Below, piece by piece: positions 9,537 through 19,152 of a DNA stretch of 64,000 nt. The stretch spans positions 160,001 to 224,000 of the forward strand of contig CM000208.1 in assembly GCA_000002445.1 (NCBI GenBank). Reading direction: 5' to 3'. Both the position numbers and the translations under genes were made by a program. Every line of letters starts with the position of its first letter. Within the stretch, counting starts at the first letter, position 1. The notes beneath the pieces are model-generated. The model did no database searches. It was given only the letters and a program-made list of their open reading frames with translations, and was not told the DNA's origin. Source of the stretch: Trypanosoma brucei (taxonomy: Eukaryota).

Positions 9537-11891
9537 ATGAAGCCATGTGTTTCCGCTGCAGCTCCTGCGGATTGGCCGGTTGCCAGCGATGAACAAAAAC
9601 CATCGCGACCGGAGACAGCAATGGAGCACGACGAGGAAACGCGGGGGTGTTCGTCTTCTTCTGTGAGACTTCAGGGCTATGGAGTGAGCGGTGCGGGATC
9701 CTTAATGGACTCCATGAGGCAGCGGGAGATGAGTGGCTCGGCTTTTTTTATGTTTTCCCTAGATGGTGTAAACACCGATGACCCACTCGCAGGTAATGTG
9801 TCTCCCCTTGCGGCGTTGTGTCCTGCAGGGCAATACTCGAAAGAGTCTCAACACTGGTTTTGGAAGGTGCTGTCTAACACGTCATCATGGGGCATGACTG
9901 CTTGCGGTAGCGTGTCGTACTCATCGTGGGCCGACCCCAAATCCGTGCGATGTATTGAAGGTCAACTTCGTTTAGGGGCATTTTTAGGTATACACGCAGT
10001 TGTTGTACCCCTTCCTGATTTCGATGAGGAAGATCCCCAGTGCTCTGAGAAACTTAAAGCGGCTGCGCTTGTAATCTCCAAGCATTTGCAGCACTCACAA
10101 ACAACAAACGTTTGGGTACGCTGCGACGCTTCACGCCAAGCTGATCGTGTGGCTTTTTCGCGCCTTCGTACATTTGTTCTTTGGGGTGGGGAAAATCCAC
10201 CCACCGCTGAAGAAGCACCGCACCGAGTCGTTCGTCCGGCTCCTTACAGGATTGTAGCGTTTCTGAACTTTTCCGAAACGTTTGGTGCGATACCATCAGA
10301 GTGGCTTGGGGAGTCCGTTGCCGCGTTTGAACTTCCCAACGCTGAAAAGCTAAGGCGTGCGTTAAGCGCATCCGATTGCGGACGGCATATGAAACTTCCA
10401 AGTGACTTGATGCCACTGAAGGATTCTTACTGGGGCACTGCCCAACCGATGTTCGTTTCCCTAGCCACGTTCGTTGTTGAGCTGTTGCGCCGACGAGCAG
10501 CTCCAGTTTTTGCGATGGAGGAATTTGTTGATTCGTATCAATTGTTGAATACCTTGTACGAGATGCACGTAGCAGACGGGGGAAGAGATAAGTTTTTCGA
10601 CTACGAAGATGTCTTGCAACTTCCACTACAGCCTCTTGGACATATGCTTGCTAGTGGGGTGTATGAAGTGTTCGAACAAGATCGCACAAAATATCAACAG
10701 TACCACACTGCCATGAGCAAATATTTTAATGAGTGGTTGAACCACAGCGAAAGCCGCAGTCACGAGAAGATGTGGTTGCAAGGACCTAATCCCCGAGACG
10801 GTTGTGGTTGCAGCGCAATGGGAAGTGTGTATGTTGTGTTGCTTGGTGCTGGTCGGGGTCCATTGATCAGCGAGTGCTTGTGCGCTGCAACAGGTGTTGG
10901 GGTTCGCGTTCATTTATTTGTCGTAGAGAAAAATCCCGAGGCGTTGGAACTCGTGCGGCTGCGCGTGCGTGCTGATCCGCAGTGGCATGACTGGATGAAT
11001 TACTCTGGCCACGTAGTCGAAACAATTTATGCAGATGGCCGTAGTGTGTGGTCTGGAGAGGCTCCCGGAAGTGATGATCGGTTGCCGCCATACTGGGGTC
11101 TTTGTGATCTCGTTGTGTCCGAGTTACTTGGAAGTTTCGGCGACAATGAATTGAGTCCTGAGTGCCTTGATGATTTTTACTGCAATCTGTTGAGTTACCA
11201 AGAGTCGTCTGGGATCCCGTGTAATCCCTATCTGACGTCAATTCCACAGCAGTACACGGCATGGATTGCCCCACTGCATTCGGCGCGCATGGAGGAGTCG
11301 GTTGCAACTGCTGCTTTTGGAGGCCTCACAACTCCGCCAGCGGATTGCCACGACCGTCACGCCGCGTTGTACCACTCTATGTTTGTCAGCAACGTTTGCC
11401 GTGCGGTTGGATTGTGCCTCCCTCAACCTTGCTGGACGTTCCACCACTTCGCAACTAAAGTTCAATCGAAGGAACGAGAGGCAACACTTAACTTTACGTT
11501 GTCGGGAGATGGAAGGTTCAGTGGATTTATTTGCTACTTCTCCGCTGTGCTCTTTACTCCCGGGGACACGGGGAATGTTGAAGACAGCATCGCATTACTT
11601 TGCGCATCCGCTGGGTCGCTCTCCACCGTCCAGTACGGGCGCACTACTGGTTTATTTAGTTGGTTTCCTGCTTTTCTTCCTGTGGAGCCTCGTGATGTGG
11701 TGGAGGTGAAATGTGGAGATGAGCTGAGCATCCATCTGAAACGTTGTGTGGACGTTAAGAAAGGACGTGTATGGTACGAGTATGAAGCCTCAATTCTTGT
11801 GAAGGGACATCCAGATGGAAAATTTATGAAGCGGTTGACAAAGACGATGAATGCTGGCGGATGGGCGGGCCACATTTCTCTGCTGACGTGA
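9537..11891 (+). CDS. PRMT5: Protein arginine N-methyltransferase 5 (type II PRMT), ~784 aa, with a long N-terminal region.
   Basis: SAM motif I [30 protein letters not shown] and the following YCNLL...GIP match the hallmark PRMT5 segments [11 protein letters not shown] / [20 protein letters not shown]. The track start 9495 is GTG; the first ATG (MKPCVS) is preceded by a pyrimidine tract. Confidence 0.88.
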   Translation: [784 protein letters not shown]

Positions 11892-12361
11892 GTAATGCAC
11901 TCGCTATAACGTTTATTTTTCACTATGATGTTTTTTTTTTCTTTTTGTGACAGACCAGTTGTTAATTCATTTAATCTCTCGTGCACGCTTCGTTTTGCCG
12001 CTGTCTGTGTATGGTCAGCTTTACGTGCAGTTCAATGTTCCCACTGTCACCGTTTTGTTGTCTTTTGTACGCCTCGTTCATTGTTAGAACGAAGCATATA
12101 CATGTGCACACATACAAACTTTTGTTTATGGATGAAGGAGTCTTATTGGCGATGTAGTGATCGCGTGCGGAACTCTTTCTTTTTTACTTCGTATAAAATG
12201 TCGTGTTCTGTCGTCTGTACCCTTTGCTAGTTCAGCATCGGTATAAGGTTGTAGGAGCACAAAACTGGAAAAAAAGAGCAAAAGTAAGAATACAACCAAC
12301 AAGAAGAAGCTGTTGGACTCTTGCACGCAACGAGACCCCACACACACAAAAAAAAATTTCC

Positions 12362-12386
12362 CTCTATTACTTTGCTGTAGGGTTTA
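12362..12386 (+). promoter_or_regulatory. Polypyrimidine tract followed by AG, a putative trans-splice acceptor for the cytochrome b5-like gene.
   Basis: ttccctctattactttgctgtag lies about 120 nt upstream of the ATG at 12507. Confidence 0.35.
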
Positions 12387-12506
12387 CACCAAGGAAGCAG
12401 CACCACCTGGAGGTTTGCACTATTTAGGTATCCGCGATAAGACATTCACGGATAACATATATAAAGGGACAGAAACGTGATTGAAGTCACTACTTAGAAT
12501 ATAAAT

Positions 12507-13169
12507 ATGCCCCGTTATTACACCCCACATGAGGTGCGTGCGCACTGCTTCGAGGATGATGCATACGTTTCCATCAATGGGAAAGTTCTAGATATAACTC
12601 CTCTCATACAAATGTATCAGGGCACTCGGTACGCCAGTTTGCTGCAGCCGCTTATTCTTGCGGCAGGAACCGATATGACACACCTTCTCGATAAGAAAAC
12701 AATGGATTTCAAAACATGCATCGATCCAGAGACGGGATTCCGCACGTATGCGCAACCTTTCGGCCGCTTCGCCCACACCCCGACGGTTCTCCCCGACAGT
12801 AGCATTGACCTCAGTTATGAGGTGCCATGGTGGCAAGACGAGCGGTACGTTATTGGACAACTCACACGCAAGACCCGAAAAATTCGCATCGTTAATACTC
12901 TCAATGGTCACGAACACACACTCGAGGTTTGTTCGGAGGAAACGCTTCGAGAAATAGTGATGACGAGGTACTTGAGCCACAACGCCCACGCGCTAAGCTA
13001 CACGTGGCGGCGGCTTGACAGTGAACCCCGAGACCTTGATATGGACAAAACGCTAGACGAGAACGGTGTGCTGGACGAGTCGGAGGAATTCGAGTCATTG
13101 GGATTAAATGCAGATTATTACATTCCCGCGCTTCATTTGTATTACGATGATGATCTCACGGAGGCGTAA
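12507..13169 (+). CDS. Cytochrome b5 domain-containing protein 1 (CYB5D1)-like, 220 aa, with a b5 fold that lacks the HPGG haem-ligand motif.
   Basis: N-terminal YTPHEVRAHCFEDDAYVSINGKVLDIT matches the cytochrome b5 core, but the HPGG position reads PLIQMYQG. Downstream, WWQDERY, IRIVNTLNGHEHTLEV and the C-terminal DDDLTEA resemble the CYB5D1 family as recalled from memory. Confidence 0.7.
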   Translation: MPRYYTPHEVRAHCFEDDAYVSINGKVLDITPLIQMYQGTRYASLLQPLILAAGTDMTHLLDKKTMDFKTCIDPETGFRTYAQPFGRFAHTPTVLPDSSIDLSYEVPWWQDERYVIGQLTRKTRKIRIVNTLNGHEHTLEVCSEETLREIVMTRYLSHNAHALSYTWRRLDSEPRDLDMDKTLDENGVLDESEEFESLGLNADYYIPALHLYYDDDLTEA

Positions 13170-13854
13170 TTTGTCTAGAGCGTGGTGCGCCAAAACATTC
13201 AAGAAGAGAACGAAGTGTGGGAGAGGGAAGGGACAACGGCAGAGTTTGTTGGAGACGCCCTCGTGTGGACGTGAGGAAGGATAGAGGGAGTTTGGGTTTT
13301 TGTGTATGTGACCAAACTGACCGTTTTTTTTTGTTCTTGCCGCGTTTCTTCCCCGGGGGCTTGCTCCTTCATCCGTTTGTGTCCCTCTTTTCATAACTTC
13401 GTCCATGTAAAGAACGAGTTACTGCGTGTGTTTGTTTACATATTTGCCGCATTTGTAGGCAAATCACCACTCATACGGGAGGGAGAGGGGGTAGGTCGGT
13501 GAGTGTCGCTCCCCAAAGCTATTCTTCCCTGATCCCTCCTTTATCTCACTTGTATTTCTTGTTGTTGTGTTGTTTTTTTTTTTGCGTTCACTTCCAGTGT
13601 CTCTCCTTAAAGATATACACACTCACGGGTTAAAAACGCTGATTCCACTTATCGTCTTTATTTACCGTTCTCTACTCGGCACTTACCATGTTCATAGCAA
13701 GATTAAACTGTGGTAGGGGCAAGTCTTTGTTTTCCGGACACACCGCATCTGTCAAGTATTAATTTTGTAGCATTGATCTTATTATCGAGAGAGGCTGAAA
13801 CGGGTATTTGGGTTTGATTACATTTACTAAAATCATTTGTTGCAACTGGTGGTG

Positions 13855-15105
13855 ATGCTCCGAGTCTCGTGCCGTTTTTTTGGTGCCCTTCAGGAAATCT
13901 TTTCTCGGGGTCAAGGGGTGTGGAATTTGGATTTTGGTAACTCGCCGACGACGGAGGATCTCATCTTCAACTCGGCCCCCAAGACCTCGACACCCCCTTT
14001 TCACGTCCTCGACCTTGAAGGTAATATCGTTAACAAAATAAACGAACCAGTGGTGCCGAAGGAAACATTAGTGAAGATAATGGAAACGATGATACGGTCA
14101 AATACTATCGACAACATTCTTTTGGAGGCGCAGCGACAGGGTCGAATTTCATTTTACCTTACCGCATTGGGTGAGGAGGCCACCGTCGTTGGTACGGCTG
14201 CAGGATTAGAGATACGGGATGAGGCCTTCCTGCAGTATCGTGAGGCTGGGTTCCTCCTGTACCGTGGTTATAACATTCCACAGTTGGTTGCGCAATGCAT
14301 GGGGAATGTGGAAGACGTGCTGAAAGGGAGGCAGATGCCCATACATTATGGATCGCGGGAGTTAAATGTGCATATGGTAAGTTCGCCACTCGCAACACAG
14401 ATTCCACATGCGGCAGGTGCGGGTTATGCTTTTCGGCTTGAGAATGAGGAATTGTCCGATGAAAGCAAGTCACGAGTAGCCGTAGTGATTTTCGGTGAAG
14501 GAGCAGCGAGTGAGGGAGATTTCCATGGGGGAGTTAACTTTGCCGCTGCTACGGGATCTAACACTCTCTTCGTTGTACGGAATAATGGCTATGCTATTTC
14601 GACTCCTGCGCGTGTACAGTACAAAGGTGATGGAGTGCTAGCGCGTGGTATCGGCTATGGTATTCCATCTGCTCGAGTGGATGGGCAGGACGTGCTCGCA
14701 ATATTGCAAGCCGTCCAGCAAGCACGACAAATCATACGTACTACCAACCAGCCTGTTCTAATCGAAGCTCTTTGCTATCGTTTACAACACCACTCCTCTT
14801 CTGATGATAGTGGTATGTACCGTTCAAGTGATGAAATTGAAAACTTCTTAGCGCTCTCCCCACTTGATCGATTTGAAAAATTCCTTGTGAAACGGGACTT
14901 ATGGACAGCTGAGCATACGGGGGCGCTGGCGAAACAGGTTCGTGAGGAACTGTTGCAGGAGTTACGTCGACAAGAATTGTTACCTCATTGGCCGGCAGAT
15001 GTTATGCATGATGATGTCTACAAGGTAAAGACACCAGACTTGGTTAAAGCACAAAAGGAATTGCAAGCTCACTACGAACGAAACAGGGGATTCTACGGCA
15101 AGTGA
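13855..15105 (+). CDS. BCKDHA: 2-oxoisovalerate (branched-chain alpha-keto acid) dehydrogenase E1 alpha subunit, mitochondrial.
   Basis: Near-colinear match to BCKDHA: YREAGFLLYRGY, GRQMPIHYGS, SSPLATQIPHAAGAGYA, FGEGAASEGDFH (TPP-binding), RNNGYAISTP, YRLQHHSSSDDS. The track start 13837 is TTG; the first ATG gives MLRVSCRFFGA, which looks like a mitochondrial presequence. Confidence 0.9.
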   Translation: MLRVSCRFFGALQEIFSRGQGVWNLDFGNSPTTEDLIFNSAPKTSTPPFHVLDLEGNIVNKINEPVVPKETLVKIMETMIRSNTIDNILLEAQRQGRISFYLTALGEEATVVGTAAGLEIRDEAFLQYREAGFLLYRGYNIPQLVAQCMGNVEDVLKGRQMPIHYGSRELNVHMVSSPLATQIPHAAGAGYAFRLENEELSDESKSRVAVVIFGEGAASEGDFHGGVNFAAATGSNTLFVVRNNGYAISTPARVQYKGDGVLARGIGYGIPSARVDGQDVLAILQAVQQARQIIRTTNQPVLIEALCYRLQHHSSSDDSGMYRSSDEIENFLALSPLDRFEKFLVKRDLWTAEHTGALAKQVREELLQELRRQELLPHWPADVMHDDVYKVKTPDLVKAQKELQAHYERNRGFYGK

Positions 15106-15562
15106 CACGAAAAAGGGGGATGGTGTCGGAAGGGTAGTCTCACATTGTTGTCGACGTATGCACCACTCTGCCGTTCCTGCATCGTCGATTTTATCGTCTT
15201 GAAAGAACGTGTGTTCTCAAACTTACACCTGAAGTGTTTTTTTCATCAATTTTAGTGAACTCATCTGATCCTCCACTTCCTTTTTTTTGTCAAAAAATTT
15301 TTTGAATACTTTTGAGCGCAATACAACTAACGAGCACTCCTAGTAATGCTGTTCCTTCATAACCTCCTTTGCTTCTTTCTCTCATCGCATCTTTTGTTCG
15401 GCCCCTTGAAGTGGCAGTAGCGCCAGCGGTCATTAGGTTTCCTACGGTGTTTGTCCACAGTTCCACATATTATTAACCACAAGAGTACCAAATCACTGTT
15501 AGTTGTTAAATTTGTAGCAACGGGTGGTTGCAGCATCACTCGTTATTCTTCTCACATGTGTA

Positions 15563-16243
15563 ATGTCGTATCGATTTAAGGGTCGCTTGAACCCTACCAT
15601 ATTGCGTAAACTACCCCGCAATTTGGTAGTGTTTGATGGACACTGTTTGATGTGTCAGGCACGTGTGCAATATGTACTGGAACGTAACTTCTCGTATTTT
15701 AGCCTCCTTAATCTTACCCATGACGTGGACAAGGTTAAGCTTGAGGAGAATAAAGTGCTCTTTTGTAGCTTTGACTCAATTGAATGGCGGGAGCTGCGCC
15801 GGCATTTTCCCGATGTTACAAAAGACGTAGAGGGTATTATACTATTCGAGAAGGTACCGTCACGCACTGCCGACTTCCTGAGTAGGGTACGGCGAATGAA
15901 AAAGCGATCAAAGTCCTTATCCAAGTCAAACGAAGCGCTAAGCTTTCCGGTTGCGTCGTCATCGCACCGGCGGAGCTTTACCGATGTGGAAGATGAACTT
16001 GACATACTTATTTCAACTAAGCACACTGCTGTGTGTCGTGTGGGTATGAAATTGGATAGGTGGTTGCCAAGTGTAGTTGCCCGGTGCATGTTATACGCCA
16101 TGCCGCGGTGGATTGGGGACCGTTGGTATGATCGCGTGTTGAGGCGGCGGACATTATGGGGGACATCTGAAGAAGATGCAGTTCGGTACCCCGCCCGTGT
16201 GCTCGGTTTGAAGGAGCGAACATGGCGGCTGCGGGACATGTGA
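15563..16243 (+). CDS. DUF393 (thiol-disulfide oxidoreductase DCC family)-like protein.
   Basis: N-terminal LVVFDGHCLMCQARVQYVLERN fits the DUF393 F/YDGxCxLC signature. The track start 15524 is GTG; the first ATG is at +39 (MSYRFKG). The opposite-strand 203-aa ORF is treated as a shadow. Confidence 0.5.
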   Translation: MSYRFKGRLNPTILRKLPRNLVVFDGHCLMCQARVQYVLERNFSYFSLLNLTHDVDKVKLEENKVLFCSFDSIEWRELRRHFPDVTKDVEGIILFEKVPSRTADFLSRVRRMKKRSKSLSKSNEALSFPVASSSHRRSFTDVEDELDILISTKHTAVCRVGMKLDRWLPSVVARCMLYAMPRWIGDRWYDRVLRRRTLWGTSEEDAVRYPARVLGLKERTWRLRDM

Positions 16244-16567
16244 GGCAATTCGCATTTTGTTGCCACTACTTCGGGTTCCCCGCCATTCTACACTTTTTTT
16301 TTTTGTTTTGGGCGAATTAGCAAACCTTTTTTTTTTTGACATTTCCCCTCATTGACGAGACCCATGTTTTCCGTGTTTGCTCGTTAGCATGTTCTTGTGC
16401 ATATTTCTAATTACAGTAACCACAAATTCCCAGTTATGTGTACTTCGCATCCAACTGCCGCTGTTAGTGTTCACTACGCTACATATATATATATTTCTAT
16501 GAAGATTTTATTTAGTGTGACGTGTCATTCGTAGGGTCTGCTCTTTGTGCATGCTCTCATAGTTTTA

Positions 16568-17440
16568 ATGCGTCGTTCATTAGTATTTCCTCCCTGTCAT
16601 TTGCAGGAGGCCCGTTTGTTGCAGTCGCAACAACTTTTTGGTTGGTACCACCAGACACGCCACTTCACCTCATTAGTTGACCGTTTGAGTACAGGCGTTG
16701 CGAGAAAGTTATCATCGTTAACGGAAACGCACATGATGCCGCTAAGCGAGAAACATATCACAGAGCCGCGACGCCCCTACCCAAAGCGTCCTTCAATGCA
16801 GGAGAATTTGGCCGAGCGCTTGGCTGAGCAACGGCGGTGGCGGAGCCGTGTGGTGCCGCAGCAAATTATACTCTCTAAAGACAAACTTTACATTGAGTTT
16901 GTGTGGAGTGCCGCCACCCTCAGCGCCGCTGCCGCGCGGGAGATGAGGCAGCAACAAAATAACGAGGAGGAAAACGGGGATGGTTGCACACAAAAAAGAA
17001 AGGGAATATCCTGCGGTAGCTTTGCTAATGATGGTATCATTAAGAGTGAGAAGCTTATGTCCCACCGCACACGCTTCCTTGCGGAGTTCTTGCGCGCTTA
17101 CTCCCCCAGCACCGATGTGATTGGTGCTGATGCCCTCATTTACGGTCGTCGCGGCATCACCATAACGGATGTTATTCCAGTTGGAAACTACGCTTTGCGC
17201 ATCGTGTTTTCCGACGGGCATTCAGGCGGTATTTACCCCTACGAATACCTGTTTCATTTAGGTCAATGCAAATACACGAAAATGCGGGAGTATATAAGAC
17301 GACTGCGAGAGAAACGCAAGTCGAGAGATCCGCCGAAGCGGGTCCCGTCAAAGTACGTTCCGCGCGGTCGGAATGCCGCAGAGGGCACACCGAAACGTGA
17401 CAAAACTGATGACTGTGGCCATCGCGTTGCTGCAAAATAG
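16568..17440 (+). CDS. DUF971 / gamma-butyrobetaine hydroxylase-like N-terminal zinc-domain protein, with a probable mitochondrial presequence.
   Basis: ITITDVIPVGNYALRIVFSDGHSGGIYPYEYLFHLGQCKY fits the DUF971 pattern (L.I.wsDGH.s.y....LR..C.C). The first ATG gives MRRSLVFPPCHLQEARLL. Confidence 0.5.
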   Translation: MRRSLVFPPCHLQEARLLQSQQLFGWYHQTRHFTSLVDRLSTGVARKLSSLTETHMMPLSEKHITEPRRPYPKRPSMQENLAERLAEQRRWRSRVVPQQIILSKDKLYIEFVWSAATLSAAAAREMRQQQNNEEENGDGCTQKRKGISCGSFANDGIIKSEKLMSHRTRFLAEFLRAYSPSTDVIGADALIYGRRGITITDVIPVGNYALRIVFSDGHSGGIYPYEYLFHLGQCKYTKMREYIRRLREKRKSRDPPKRVPSKYVPRGRNAAEGTPKRDKTDDCGHRVAAK

Positions 17441-17470
17441 TACCCAAAGTAATTTAACAGCGTAAAGAAA

Positions 17471-17495
17471 GCTGGTGTGTGTGTGTGTGGGGGGG
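17471..17495. repeat. (GT)7 followed by a G11 homopolymer.
   Basis: gtgtgtgtgtgtgtgggggggggggt, in the 3' flank of the DUF971 gene. Confidence 0.8.
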
Positions 17496-17881
17496 GGGGT
17501 ATTGGCCTCTGCTATTTTTTTTTTTTGCTTACTGATTATGAACAGGTCCTTGTGTAACCGCTCGAGCTGTCAATTTGGTTATGGATATATTGGATAGGAG
17601 AGTATGCCACTGCTTACAAGTTAGTTATTACTACCGTCACATTATTGTTTCATTTTACGTATAGTTGCTTACGTAATCTCTTTGTCCCCCTCCAGTCAAT
17701 TCACTCTCCTTTCCGCACAGTTAGTGCCTCCATTTTCATTTACTTCTGTGGGTTTGTCCTTTCTTTGGGTTTGCTAACTAGTGTTTAATGTTTGTCGCCT
17801 TCCTTGCTACTTTCCTTTTATAGGCGTGGACTTAATAAGGGTGCTACGGCGCCCCTTCATATTTGCAACAGTAGAAAGGCA

Positions 17882-18886
17882 ATGACACGCACATCACGGA
17901 GTACCCATGAGGCGGTTTGGTACTTTACGTACATTATGGTACAGCGCGGTGGTATCGTAGTTTTGACAATGGGCCTATCTCTTGTAGTTTTCTGCAGTGT
18001 GACAACTGTGCGCTCAGTGATACCAATGCTGGTGGAACCAGGGACTTTAGGCTTCATGATTTTGTACGGCCTATGCTGTATACTATCATTCGGTATTTTG
18101 TTTAATTACGTTGCTGTCGCTTGCCTCTGTGGACCAAATATAGACCCGAAGGAAACGAAAAGATTGACAGAGCAGGCCGAGGCACTGCCCCCTCAGGAAA
18201 GATGCCGACTGTTGGACGCGCCGAGGCGCTTTTGTCACATATGCGAGCGTCTAAAAGCGCCGCGTGAGTACCACTGCCGGATATGTGGTCGTTGCATTGC
18301 AAGGAGGGACCACCACTGCCCATGGATAAACAATTGTGTTCAAGCGGAAAACAACCGTTACTTTTTAATGATGGTGTTGTACTTGTTGCTTTCAACAGGT
18401 TTTGTGTCATCTATGTTATGTGCAATATACACACATTCCGTGTGGCACGGCTCCACTGTAGCAGCTCGTGATGTCAAACGGTCAACATCGCATCAGTTCT
18501 GCAAAAGTGGAGTTTACTCTTCTCCGATATTGTTGCTTTTTGGCGTTTGCATCATTACGTTCTTCATACTTCTCTTCCTATTTGGAGCGGCCACACTTGC
18601 GGCGCTACGGAACGAAACAGCTGTGGAATCATTCATTGTGGCACAAAAACAAAGTGCCTTTCAAGGGAGTTTGGTTCCCTTTCGCAATCCATATGACCTT
18701 GGCCGACAACGTAACTTACTTGCATTATTCGAAACGAAGGGAGATCCATTGATTACACATTTAAGGAGAGGAGGCCGCATATCTAACATTTGGATTGGTG
18801 TGTGGCTTCTGCTTCCCACATTACGTCCCTCTGCATTTGACGGCATGCATTATGTTGTCTTTGATGACGTGGTGCATGCCGTTTAA
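17882..18886 (+). CDS. DHHC-type zinc finger protein S-acyltransferase (palmitoyltransferase), multi-pass membrane protein.
   Basis: CHICERLKAPREYHCRICGRCIARRDHHCPWINNCV is the canonical DHHC-CRD (Cx2Cx9HCx2Cx4DHHCxW). It is flanked by hydrophobic helices. The first ATG is 90 nt after the TTG track start. Confidence 0.85.
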   Translation: MTRTSRSTHEAVWYFTYIMVQRGGIVVLTMGLSLVVFCSVTTVRSVIPMLVEPGTLGFMILYGLCCILSFGILFNYVAVACLCGPNIDPKETKRLTEQAEALPPQERCRLLDAPRRFCHICERLKAPREYHCRICGRCIARRDHHCPWINNCVQAENNRYFLMMVLYLLLSTGFVSSMLCAIYTHSVWHGSTVAARDVKRSTSHQFCKSGVYSSPILLLFGVCIITFFILLFLFGAATLAALRNETAVESFIVAQKQSAFQGSLVPFRNPYDLGRQRNLLALFETKGDPLITHLRRGGRISNIWIGVWLLLPTLRPSAFDGMHYVVFDDVVHAV

Positions 18887-19152
18887 TCGCTTAGCTTGTT
18901 ATATATGTATGTATATATATATATTAACCCTGCGAGAGTGTGTTGCGTGGTTATCGCAGTGCAGAGGCGGACATTTTTTTTTTCAAAAAATGTCTCATTT
19001 TCGTTTGTGGCACTTCTTCCAAACCGGTGGTGAATTCCACTTATAAAAATCACAATTTTTCACCTCCCCTTTGTGTGTTATCGACCTTCTTTCTCCTTTT
19101 CTCTTTAGTAGTAAGCTGCAGACGCCACTGGCGCATTTGACGAAACGGAAAG

